Shown piece after piece: positions 48,394 through 59,526 of a stretch of 64,000 nt of DNA. The notes under the pieces are model-generated. The model saw only the letters and a list, made by a program, of their open reading frames with translations, was not told the DNA's origin and did no database searches. The stretch spans positions 108,562,001 to 108,626,000 of the forward strand of contig OZ024744.1 in the NCBI GenBank assembly GCA_964016885.1, read 5' to 3'. Every line of letters starts with the position of its first letter. Within the stretch, counting starts at the first letter, position 1. The position numbers and the translations under genes were made by a program. This DNA comes from Eledone cirrhosa. Its lineage: Eukaryota.

Positions 48394-48612
48394 AAAGAAA
48401 ATACATAAATATTATATATATATATAAAAATAAAAAGTTGGGAATACGACAAATAATAAATAAAGAAATAATTAGAAAAGGGTATAAATGTTTATAGCTG
48501 ATTTAGAGCACTCAATAAGTTCATGGAGCAAATGATCAATGAAAATAAGCATTAAATCACTGTATGTAAAAATGCATATACATACACACATACATATACA
48601 TACATATATAGA

Positions 48613-48890
48613 TATATGTTAACCTTGGTCTTCCTCTTCTAGTGTGTCCATGTAGGGGCTCCCAAAGGAGCACTGAGTGCAATGTCAACTCTGGATGTCG
48701 GTGAGCATGTCCAGCCAACCTCAGTCTCCTCTGTGTCACTTTTGAGCTGACATATGTTGATGCCCTAAGGACGGACACTGGTCTGTTGGAGATGCAGGAT
48801 ATGGCAGCGATAATGAGCGACAGAGACCGCTGGAGAGAACTCGTCCATGGATCTCGGGAATTTTACCCGCCTTAGATAGATAGATATAGA
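48613..48890 (+). mobile_element. LINE family C 3' fragment with 5' inversion, (TAGA)n tail
   Basis: 48613-48755 is antisense and 48749-48875 is sense relative to the colinear copy at 56070-56305. Confidence 0.82.
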
Positions 48891-49098
48891 TATATATACA
48901 CACACGCACACACACACAACACAACCATACAAATACACACACATATACATACATATACGTATATAAATACACACATATAGGAAAAAGTATGGCCCCACGG
49001 CAGAGCTCAAGCCGTTTCTGAGGCTATTATATATATACACACACACAAAAACAATTATATAAAAATACACACAAATATACACACGCACACACACACAC

Positions 49099-49197
<99 letters not shown>

Positions 49198-49519
49198 GCT
49201 GCCAACTCGTTTTCGAGTACGGCCACTACTTTATATCCATGTAGGCGAACCCCTACCGATGCGCTGAACGAGTGTGACTTTTTAGTCCAGCCAGCGACTT
49301 GAAAACTCTGGTACAAACACTACACTTGTGACAATTACTGACACATAGTGCTGGGCCCATGGTACCATGTGACGACAAGTGCAGAGAGATCTCCAGATAT
49401 AAAGCAATGCCTGTGCCGTGAAGCTTTTATAGTGAGCAAAGGCACTGCACAAAGCCAGTCCCACTCTCTTAACCAAGATGATATTTACCAAAAAGAAGAA
49501 CAAGTCAACATCATTGGAT

Positions 49520-49802
49520 ACCATCAGGGTTGCAGGTGTTATATCAGAGTTTTCCTTCTCCTAGAATTCTGCCTTGACAAAGGCTAAGGGGTCATCTCTC
49601 CCGGTGATTTTGGATGGCCATTGACTCTTAAGAGCTCCTTTGCCCTTTGACAGGTTTTGTTTTTAGTCCTGCAGGATGTCCAAAGTCACCCTCCTCACCA
49701 AGAAACCTTGGTGGGTTTGCCAGTTTAGTCGCCAACGACCCGACCATGGGACAGGTTGTACTGGGATACATGTTACCAGTAGCACCAACTGGTGACCTGA
49801 CA
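49520..49802 (-). mobile_element. Probable 5' region of an RTE-type LINE
   Basis: The minus strand contains ctaggagaaggaaaactctga and gactaaactggcaaacccac, motifs recalled from RTE 5' UTRs; it starts next to (TA)n. Confidence 0.45.
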
Positions 49803-49804
49803 TA

Positions 49805-49843
<39 letters not shown>

Positions 49844-50251
49844 AATACAACAGAAGCATATAAAATACAATTATATACACACATACATATACATACAGAT
49901 ATATAAACATACATACACATACATATACTTACACATATATATATATACATACATATATACACATATGCGCAACACACACACACGCACAGAAATAAATATC
50001 TAAAAATAAAAAAGGTGGGTATGTGAAGGGTAAGGTAGAAAGTAGGGGGGAAAAAAGGGGGAAATAAATGACATAGGAAAAAGTTTAAATATAAGGGGAG
50101 ATAAGGGAGAAAAAGAATATAAGAGTACAGAAAGTGAATTCAGAATGTAAAAAAATCGTAGTGGATGTAAGGCGTAGAGAGCAGAGAAGAAGTTCAAGGT
50201 GGTTGAGTTACCGTAGGAACGTCAACCCAGTTACAGATCAGATGTGATTTC

Positions 50252-50337
50252 AGGTGAGGACAACATCTGAAGATCTGGTGATTGAAAGCAAAATTTGTTT
50301 GCTTTTAAGAAACCACTGGTAAATGAAATAATTGCCT
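50252..50337 (+). ncRNA. Hammerhead-like motif (imperfect)
   Basis: CUGAAGA...uugaaagcaaa/uuugcuuuuaa-GAAA-CCAcUGG-UA; the 3' half recurs at 45416-45475; the base of stem II is irregular. Confidence 0.5.
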
Positions 50338-50419
50338 TATGTTGTTTATTACATAACTATTAAGCTCTGTAACCTACATAGAGCACTCTTTTTTCCTGGA
50401 CCTTTCCGACGGAATTACT

Positions 50420-50454
<35 letters not shown>

Positions 50455-50500
<46 letters not shown>

Positions 50501-51197
50501 TTTACGTCCGCTATTCCCTGCTTGCAAGGGTGGAACGGGTCCTATTCAGCACAGCTTCTCTGCACTTTTCACGGTCCTTCGTCATCTCCTCCGTGAGTTT
50601 CAGCGGGTTTTTTTTTCGTGGTCTTCCTCTCCTGCGTCTTCCTTCTACTGGCATTTCTTGACACTTCTATACACAGCAGTCATCCTCCATCCTCATCACA
50701 TGTCCATACCATCTCAGTCTTCTCTCCTGCACACCACACCTTATCCCTCTTATACACGGTTTCTTTCTCCACTCATCTATGCTTGGTCGTTCACGCACAT
50801 TGACATTGCACATCCAACGGAGCATACTTGCTTCATTTCTCTCCAGCCGTCGCATATCCTCTGCAGTTGCTGCCCATGTCTCACTACCATGCAGCATCAC
50901 ATATCTCTCACAGGCATCATATAACCAGCCTTTCATACGCAGGGAGAAACCCTTCTTTGTCAACAGAGGAAGCAACTCCCTAAACTTCTCCTATCCTGTC
51001 CTTATTCTAGATACTATGGCCTCGTAACACCCTCCCTCCCATGCTAATCTGATCACCTAGGTAACGGAAGCTATCAAGCACTTCTATAGAACCCACCTGC
51101 ATTTGAAAAATGTGTCTATCACTGTCAAATTTCCCTGTACATCTACTGCATATGTAATTTTCCCTACCTGTTAGTTTGCAAGATTTGCATTGCGTAC
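50455..51197 (-). mobile_element. RTE-type LINE family B 3' fragment
   Basis: SFRYLGDQI, MLHGSETWA, LERNEASMLRWMC, RRLRWYGHVMRM; (GAT)n tail. Confidence 0.87.
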
Positions 51198-51265
51198 ATA
51201 TAATATATATATATTCCTTTTTCCTTTTCCTCTTTTTTCTTCCCATCTCTCTCTCTCTCTCTCTC

Positions 51266-51310
<45 letters not shown>

Positions 51311-51311
51311 G

Positions 51312-51388
<77 letters not shown>

Positions 51389-51509
51389 TCGTTTTCAATC
51401 CTTTACGACATGTCGTAAAACTCCTCTGGTTTCGATCATTTACAACACGTTTTACAACTGTGATAAAACTCATTTAGATTATCTTCCTTTTCCCCTCTCA
51501 CTTCCGGTT

Positions 51510-51588
<79 letters not shown>

Positions 51589-52753
51589 CCTCACTTCGAT
51601 TGAGATTGCACAGTACCACTGTTATCGCACCAACAGACTTAAGTCTAATCGGTACGCTATAACTTATTCTATTCTATTTTTTCCTCGGTTACTCACTTCC
51701 ATGTTCCATTGACATCTGTTCCCCCACCATTTGGTCTGTTTATCTGTTTGTTCTCTTTCTTCCTCTCTCCTCACTACTTTTCCCCTTTTTTTCTTCTATT
51801 TTCTTTTCTTTCCCTGCTGGCCTTTTGATCGATAAAAGGCCTTGGGCGCGCTGCTGATCGCTTTTGATGTCCCGTATTAAGCGCCGAAACATCTTGATCT
51901 CGGTTTACAGCTGATGAAGGGTTTCTTCTCTTGTTTCGTTCATACTACCATCTTAAACTTTGTTTACAGTAACTACACAGCTCGTTTCATTTCTTATAAT
52001 GTTATATATATATATATATTATATATATAGTAATAATAATAAATTTGAAGACTAAAATCCAATGCTTAAACTTTAATCTGTTATTTTAATAAATATATAT
52101 TATATATATATATATGTATATATATATATAATATATATATGTATATATATATATAATTTATATATGTATATATATATATAATATATATATATATAATATA
52201 TATATGTATATATATATGTATATATATATATATACACACAATATATATATATACACACATATATATAATGCATATGTATATATATATGTATATATATATG
52301 TATATATATATGTAAGTTGAAAGTTTCAGATATTTTGGTGTTTCCCTGCATCCGAGACTGTATATCATACAGATGTATGAGAATAAATGACTTAATAATT
52401 CAGCCCACATAATAAGATCGATTGCCTGCTTCAACTGCCTGACCCTGCAAATATCATTCTGACGCACTCTAATCATGTATAAATAAGACACGCGTGCATG
52501 CTACACGTGAGATTGTTTCATGCACTGACTACACTTCAGCTTTCCTCTTGCTTTATCTTCATAGACTGCCAACGCTTCATGTTTATCTTTATTTTCATTC
52601 TTGCTTTTATTTTTATTTTTATTTTTATCCTGTAACCTTTACATGTAAATTGCCATGCTATATCATTTGATGATTGTCACCCCACTGTTGATCAATATGC
52701 GCATATGTTTTATGTGTCTCTTGGGTTGAAAAGGAGGTCAAGTATGTTATAGA

Positions 52754-52853
52754 TCAGTAAATAGTTGCTCCGAAGAATCCGAACCTCGGTTTGGAGGAAA
52801 CAATTGTAAGCAAATAAATGACTTAAACTGAACTTTGATTATTGTAATCTCTC
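52754..52853 (+). ncRNA. Hammerhead ribozyme with variant CCGAAGA core
   Basis: uugcu-CCGAAGA-a-uccgaacc uc gguuugga-g-GAAAC AAUU GUA-agcaa; same family as the 46037-46178 palindrome. Confidence 0.7.
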
Positions 52854-52889
52854 TCTCTATATATATATATATACACATATGCATACTAC

Positions 52890-53312
52890 ACATGTGACCT
52901 AGTGGTAAGGGCATTGTACTTATGATCATAATTGTTTCTACAATTGGCACAAGGCCAGCAATTACCCAGTACATTACTGGTACTTTATTTTATCGACCCC
53001 GTAAGGATGAAAGGCAAAGTTAACCTCGGCGGGATTTGAACTCAGAATGTCAAGGGCCGTAACTATGGTGTCCGACCCTCTACCGATACTCTCAATTCAC
53101 CTGGGTTGTGTGTTGTGTTCTTGAGCAAAACACTTCATTTCATGTTGCTCCAATATACTCAGCTGAAAATGAATACCAGCAATAGCTGGGGGTTTAACCC
53201 TGCGATGGACTGGCGTCCTGTCCAGGGGAGAGTTTCGTACTCTCAGTCGCTTCATGCCATGAAACTGGTATAAGCACCAGCCAAATTAGCCTTCTGACTT
53301 ACGACAGACCTT
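52890..53312 (+). mobile_element. tRNA/CORE-like SINE interrupted by an antisense SINE family A copy (52932-53100)
   Basis: Head gacctagtggtaagggc at 52896; the body resumes at 53100 with ttgagcaaaacactt...ccctgcgatggactggcgtcctgtccagggg. Confidence 0.7.
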
Positions 53313-54254
53313 TAATAGCTCAATACCAAATGTCTTTCGTATGATGATAACATTATTGATTTTGTTTTGCGAATATTTAGCTGTTATTTCTAGCTGGTCA
53401 AGCAAAGTATCCCTCATAGACACCCCTCCTATCGGCTAGCTGAAATAGGTGTTGTTTGCTGTAATATATAAAATGCTCAGTTATTTAACTAAAAGGTTGC
53501 ATCGCTTCAACTTAATTGTGATACAGGGGTCAACTACTCTGTCTAAAAATAATCTATCAGTTCGTTAGCTTTATTCTCTCTCCTCCTCCTCCTTCTCCTT
53601 CTCCTCCTCCTCCTCCTCCTCATCCTCCTCCTCCTCATCCTCCTCCTCTCCCTCTCTCTTTCTTTCTTTCTGTCTATTCTTTCTGTTTTTATTTATTTTT
53701 CTATGATACTTTTTTCATACAAAAATAAATTAATTCTCAGTCGTGAATTATTGCCAACCAGACAGACAGCTGCTTCTCATTATTTTATGTATTTTAGCCA
53801 TCATTATGTCACGTGTAGTCTCGTGACCTAACGGTTAGGGTGTTGGACTCATGATCATACAGTTGTAGGTTTGATTCATGTACTGGGAGATGCATCATAA
53901 TTTCTTTCACGTTGGTCCCACTTGCGACACGAACCACAATACCTTGAGATGTTTTTATTTCAATGCAGCCACAATTCATAACTCAGTAATCTTATATTTT
54001 TAATTTCAAGATTGGATACTTGTATTTATTTTACCCAAATAATCTGTATCCTGATCATTTGGACTTCAACTTTGGACTCCACCCAAAGCCACATTCCATA
54101 AAGCATCAAATTTACGCATTTGCAAATTTCCATTTTTCTAACTTCGATATTTTGGCTTTCAACACCTTCTGGTTTGTATTTATATAACCTTGTACTTTCA
54201 TATATGCCTATATACAATTATATTTGGTGGACCATTTGCTGAACATTTGAGCGA

Positions 54255-55965
54255 CATTTTACTTGTTATGGACACCCTCATCCAGGTGGCCTGGATCTCT
54301 GAAAAGGCACCTAAGCAATGGCAATCAGGAGTGATAATACCAATTTTCAAAAAGAGAGACAAAAGAGATTGTTTCAATTACAGAGGGATCTCCTTGTTAA
54401 GCCTACCTGGTAAAGTCTATGCTAAGTATCTGGCAAAGAGATGCAGGGAAATTGTCGAGTCCAAGCTAGCTGATGAACAGTGTAGTTTTCGCCCTGAATG
54501 CAGGATACACAACCAAATATTCCCACTGTGGCAGGTCTTCAAGAAGTATTGCCAAGTATTGCCAAGAGGTATATTCTTGTTTTGTAGACCTCGAAAAGGC
54601 ATATGGCTGCATTCCTTGGGACCTACTGTGGAAAGTTCTGCAGGAGTATGGGATTGATGGTCAGCTTCTTACTGTCCTGATGTCTTTATAGGTCTTCAAG
54701 AAATCGTGGAAGTATTGCCAAGAGGTGTATTCTTGTTTTGTAGACCTCGAAAAGGCATATGGCTGCATTCCTTGGGACCTACTGTGGAAAGTTCTGCAGG
54801 AGTATGGGATTGATGGTCAGCTTCTTACTGTCCTGATGTCTTTATAGGTCTTCAAGAAATCGTGGAAGTATTGCCAAGAGGTGTATTCTTGTTTTGTAGA
54901 CCTCGAAAAGGCATATGGCTGCATTCCTTGGGACCTGCTGTGGAAAGTTCTGCAGGAGTATTGGATTGATGGTCAGCTTCTTACTGTCCTGATGTCTTTA
55001 TACAAATGCCTGAGTATTTATGTTTGGATAAATGGTGCTAAATCAAAACCAATCAATTTAGGAGTGTTCTGTGGGTATGTACTGTCACCTCTCTTGTTCA
55101 TTATTTACAGGATTGACATGGGCAGCCTAGCTAGAAGTGGTATAATTACTGGTGGGTGTGAAATCAGTCAGCTGGAATTTGCAGATGACATGGTGTTACT
55201 TAACTCGACAGAAGGTGATCTCCGACTTGCAATTGATGCTGAGTGCTGCATGGCTGGAATGAAAATCAGTATTGCGAAAACTTAGACACTTGTCCTCTCA
55301 AGTAAGCCTTTACTTTACATGTGAATGGAGTTCTATTGAAGCAGGTAGAGAAGTTCTAGTATCTCGGGGTTGTGTTCATGAGTAATGGAAGGCAGGAAGC
55401 TGAAATAAGTACAAGAATTACAGAAGCTGGTGTAGTAATGCACCAGCTTCAGCATTCAGTAATCAGAAGAAGGGAGGTAGGTGTAAAAGACAAACTTGTT
55501 ATCTTCAATTTGGTATTTGAACCAACCTTTACCTAGGGTCATGAATCTTGGGTAATGACCGAAAGAATATGATCATGAATACAAGCGGCCGAAATGGGGT
55601 TCCTCCGAAGGGTCTTACTCAATAAAGTACGTAGCTTGGAGATCAGAGAGTCACTCCAGGTAGAGCCGCTACTTCTCTGAATTGAGAGATCACAGCTCCG
55701 ATACTATGGCCATGTGGTTAGAATGTCTCAGGAAAGAATCGTTGGACAGATTTTAACGGCAAAACCAACAGGTAGGAGACCCAGGGGTAGACCCCGAGAG
55801 AGATGGTTGGATTACATCCATGAGCTTGGCTGGTCTCACTTGGGGATTCCAGCCAGATCAATTGGAGATGGTTGCTTCTGACAGGACAAGGTGAAAGGAG
55901 TGTTGTGGACTCTTCCCCCACCCCCAACCCCCTCTGACCAGCTCAGCAATAAGCGGGCGAAGAAG

Positions 55966-55966
<1 letters not shown>
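54255..55966 (+). mobile_element. RTE-type LINE family D, degenerate RT 3' part, with a 157-bp internal triplication (54533-55000)
   Basis: NYRGISLLSLPGKVY, CFVDLEKAY (three times), LSPLLF, FADDMV; 3' end aataagcgggcgaagaag. Confidence 0.88.
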
Positions 55967-56005
<39 letters not shown>

Positions 56006-56069
56006 TCATCGTTTAACGTCCACATTCCACGCTTGCATGGGTTTGGACGTATATATATATATATATATC

Positions 56070-56305
56070 TATCTAAGGCGGGTAAAATTCCCGAGATCCA
56101 TGGACGAATTCTCTCCAGCGGTCTCTGTCCCTCATTATCGCTGCCATATCCTGCATCTCCAACAGACCAGTGTCTGTCCTTAGGGCATCAACATATGTTA
56201 ACCTTGGTCTTCCTCTTCTAGTGTGTCCATGTAGGGGCTCCCAAAGGAGCACTGAGTGCAATGTCAACTCTGGATGTCGGTGAGCATGTCCAGCCAACCT
56301 CAGTC
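56070..56305 (-). mobile_element. LINE family C 3' fragment
   Basis: ORF 56073-56297 AGHAHRH...RRGRPRLTYVD...DRDRWRE; (TAGA) tail. Confidence 0.82.
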
Positions 56306-56345
56306 TTATATATATCAGGAAAGAAGATTAACATGTATTAGAAGA

Positions 56346-56393
<48 letters not shown>

Positions 56394-56397
<4 letters not shown>

Positions 56398-56671
56398 CTA
56401 TACAAAAAAGGTTTTTAATCTCATTGCTGACAATTGTTTCTCTGAACTGGTAGGTCTAGAGATCGCTATCCGCTTGTTTTCACGTTACTCGATCGCCAAT
56501 ACAGAATTATAACCAGTCAGTTCTTCGGAGCATGCTCCGATGAATTGACTGGTTATAATTTTGTATTGGCGATCGAGTAACGTGAAAACAAGCGAATAGC
56601 GATCTCTAGACCTACCAGTTCAGAGAAACAATTGTCAGCAATGAGATTAAAAACCTTTTTTGTATAGCAAA
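56394..56671. repeat. Near-perfect palindrome, 139-bp arms, no spacer
   Basis: Axis gagca|tgctc at 56532/56533. Confidence 0.92.
56533..56640 (+). ncRNA. Hammerhead with CCGAUGA core and long stem II (mirror copy CCGAAGA on the minus strand)
   Basis: ugcu-CCGAUGA-(uugacuggu...accaguuca)-GAAAC AAUU GUC-agca. Confidence 0.68.
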
Positions 56672-56865
56672 CCATGTCAATCTTTTTTCCTGATTTATTA
56701 TTACTCCAAGTGTTTACAACATAGGAATTACAGCATACTCGCAGCATCACTATGGAAACGCCTTGTTGAGTCAAACCAAGCCAAGCGTTGATATCATCCA
56801 CTACCCGGAATACCATAATTGGACTACACCTAAGTGGACTGCATATAACTATTATTTGTTATCCC

Positions 56866-56939
<74 letters not shown>

Positions 56940-57015
56940 CGAAGGAAATGTGGTAAGGAACCAGGTGGACCATAACGCACCAAAGTACTCAATACTTGAG
57001 GTAGTAGAGTGGGTA

Positions 57016-57138
57016 ATAGGAACCAGTAAGACCCCGACAGCTGAGCTCAAGCCGTTTCGACGGCTAATTCTGGACTCAGTCCAGAATTAGCCGTCGAAAC
57101 GGCTTGAGCTCAGCTGTCGGGATCTTACTGGTTCCTAT
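57016..57138. repeat. Near-perfect palindrome, 60-bp arms, 3-nt loop
   Basis: Centre aattctggac tca gtccagaatt; carries gaaacggcttgagctc, also seen antisense near 49003-49018. Confidence 0.9.
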
Positions 57139-58170
57139 ATATATATATATATATATTATATGTATATACAGTTCCCGTCCCACCCTTGCAAGCAGGGAAA
57201 AGCGGACGTAAAATGAAATGATGATGATGATGATGATGTATATATGTATATATGTATGTGTATGTATATATGTATATATGTATGTGTATTTATATATTTA
57301 CATTTGTATGTATGTATATATGCATATATGTATGTATATATGTATATATGTATATATGTATGTGTATGTATATATGTATATATGTATGTGTATTTATATA
57401 TGTATATTTGTATGTATGCATGTATGTGTGCATCTATCTATATATATATATATTCTTTATATTTTTCTATTTTTTAATTTTTACTAGTTTATTTTAAATT
57501 ATCAATATTATATTAATGAGGTATTTGTAAACTCTGCAGGATTTGTAAGATTGAGAACATGAGTGTTTGTATGAATATACAGGCGTGAACACGTGTGAGT
57601 GTGTGAGTGTGTGAGTGTGTGAGTATGGGTCTTTTAGCACTGAGCCAATAAAAACAGTACTCCATCAAACAAGATGAGCCACACCTCTGACATCCATTTC
57701 TAAATAACATGAATCATAATATAAACTTAAACAGTAACATTTATATTCAAAATTCTGTATTTCACTAATACATACAATTCCCTATCTCTTTAGCATTTTT
57801 TGTTTGTTTGCCTAACATCCAAGTTCTCCTCATCTTCCTCTTCTATTTGTCTTTTTTTTTCAGTGGTTGGTTATTGATAATTTTTACTCCATACCTTGAA
57901 AAATTAATACAAAAATGTATAGGTCTGTTATTTTTCTTAATTTACTACTTAAAATTAAGTCTGACAAACCTTATTGCTGTAGTTAGTATTTTTTCACCCG
58001 AGCAAACCTTGTCCTTACGATTCGAACACATGTATGTTCATCTCTCTTGTTTATTCAATTATATTACAAAAATGTATACAAATAAAAGGCAGAATTACTA
58101 ACTCATATTGATACCCTGTAATTAACAAGCTCAAAGTATAAATACTGAGCATTATATAATAATATATCCA

Positions 58171-58566
58171 GGGGCGGTGGATTGGCAGTATCGGTAGAGA
58201 GTCGGACGCCATGCTTTCCAGTATAGTTACGTCCCTTTACGGTCTGAGTTCAAATCCCGTCGAGGTTAACTTTGCCTTTCATCCTTACGGGGGTCGATAA
58301 AATAAAGTACCAGTAATGTACTGGGTAATTGCTGGCCTTGTGCCTAAAGTAGAAACAATAATATAATAATATATCAAGGGGCGGTGGATTGGCAGTATCG
58401 GTAGATAGTCGGACGCCATGCTTTCCAGTATAGTTACGTCCCTTTACGGTCTGAGTTCAAATCCCGTCGAGGTTAACTTTGCCTTTCATCCTTACGGGGG
58501 TCGATAAAATAAAGTACCAGTAATGCACTGGGTAATTGCTGGCCTTGTGCCAAAAGTAGAAACAAC
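58171..58566 (+). mobile_element. Tandem dimer of full-length SINE family A (~207-bp period)
   Basis: Two near-identical copies; A-box tggcagtatcgg, B-box gagttcaaatccc; atataataatatat before, between and after. Confidence 0.92.
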
Positions 58567-58719
58567 TATATAATAATATATGTAGTAATAAACACAGTAA
58601 ATCGTGTGTCTACTACAAAAATGTATACGTATAATTCAGTAATTTACGAAAACAAAAATGCCTAATTAATAGGACCACTTGATCAGGAGTGAACTCCTCA
58701 AGAATTACTCATTTCCTGA

Positions 58720-59140
58720 AAACCTCTCAAGGAACACCAGAACTACTGGGTTAGCACACCTCAACAAACACCTGTAAGAGAAACACTATGACTACCAACA
58801 AAAGATTATACACGGTTGTTTCCTGTAAAGTTGAGGATGATGTTACCACTAACATGAAATGTAGCCTCTCTTGTACTCTTGAGTGTTACATCATGTTACA
58901 CTATTAAAGATACACTTCAAGAGTAAGAGAGTAAGAGAGAGCTAGGAGATACTTAAGAAAAAAAAAACAAGAGTCACTGAAACCTTTAAATCCTTCAAGA
59001 TATCACAGGAAATATTTATCATGTGACATTTCTGTGGAAAATGTCACATAAGTCATCAAAGCTGGACAAAGATGTCAAGGTAGAACCTCCCGATGAAGGA
59101 TGTTGCTGCTGAAACATATAATGTCATTCCTACAAACAAC
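58720..59140 (+). mobile_element. Degenerate Penelope-like 3' end with hammerhead-like motif (59080-59133)
   Basis: RVRES*EILKK resembles a GIY-YIG C-terminus; it is followed by CCGAUGA...GAAAC AU aua AU GUC; stems I and II are poor. Confidence 0.45.
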
Positions 59141-59299
59141 TACTCTGAGAGATATGTATATTAGAGAATACACCAGTTATTGAATGTACACATACGTATC
59201 TTTCTTATCAAAACAATATGCACCGTCATCCTTAGCAAATATGGCCCTGCCATATACGGGGTTTGTCCACAAAGTAAGGGTACTGATCTCTTCCTACCC

Positions 59300-59350
59300 C
59301 CTCCTCCATCATCATTATCTTCATCATCTTCTCCTCCTCCTCCATCATCC

Positions 59351-59401
<51 letters not shown>

Positions 59402-59408
59402 CCATCAC

Positions 59409-59443
<35 letters not shown>

Positions 59444-59526
59444 ACATCTTCACGATCTTCTTCTTCTTCTTCTTCTTCTTCTTCTTCTTCTTCTTCTTCT
59501 TCTTCTTCTTCTTCTTCTTCTTCTTC
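59300..59526. repeat. (CAT)n + (TTC)n microsatellites; the (TTC)n is the tail of the adjacent LINE
   Basis: Seen directly. Confidence 0.9.

Noticed and set aside
49255-49315. ctgaacgag...gaaaac hammerhead-like string
   Set aside because: Core spacing is wrong and stems I and III cannot be formed.
51850-51990. CTGATGA at ~51911 and CTGCTGA...GAAAC at ~51852-51890 as hammerheads
   Set aside because: The first has no downstream GAAA or stems; the second has a mutated core and no valid stem III or stem I.
53810-53895. tRNA gene
   Set aside because: Degenerate SINE head with A/B-box remnants; no cloverleaf. The same holds for the other SINE heads.
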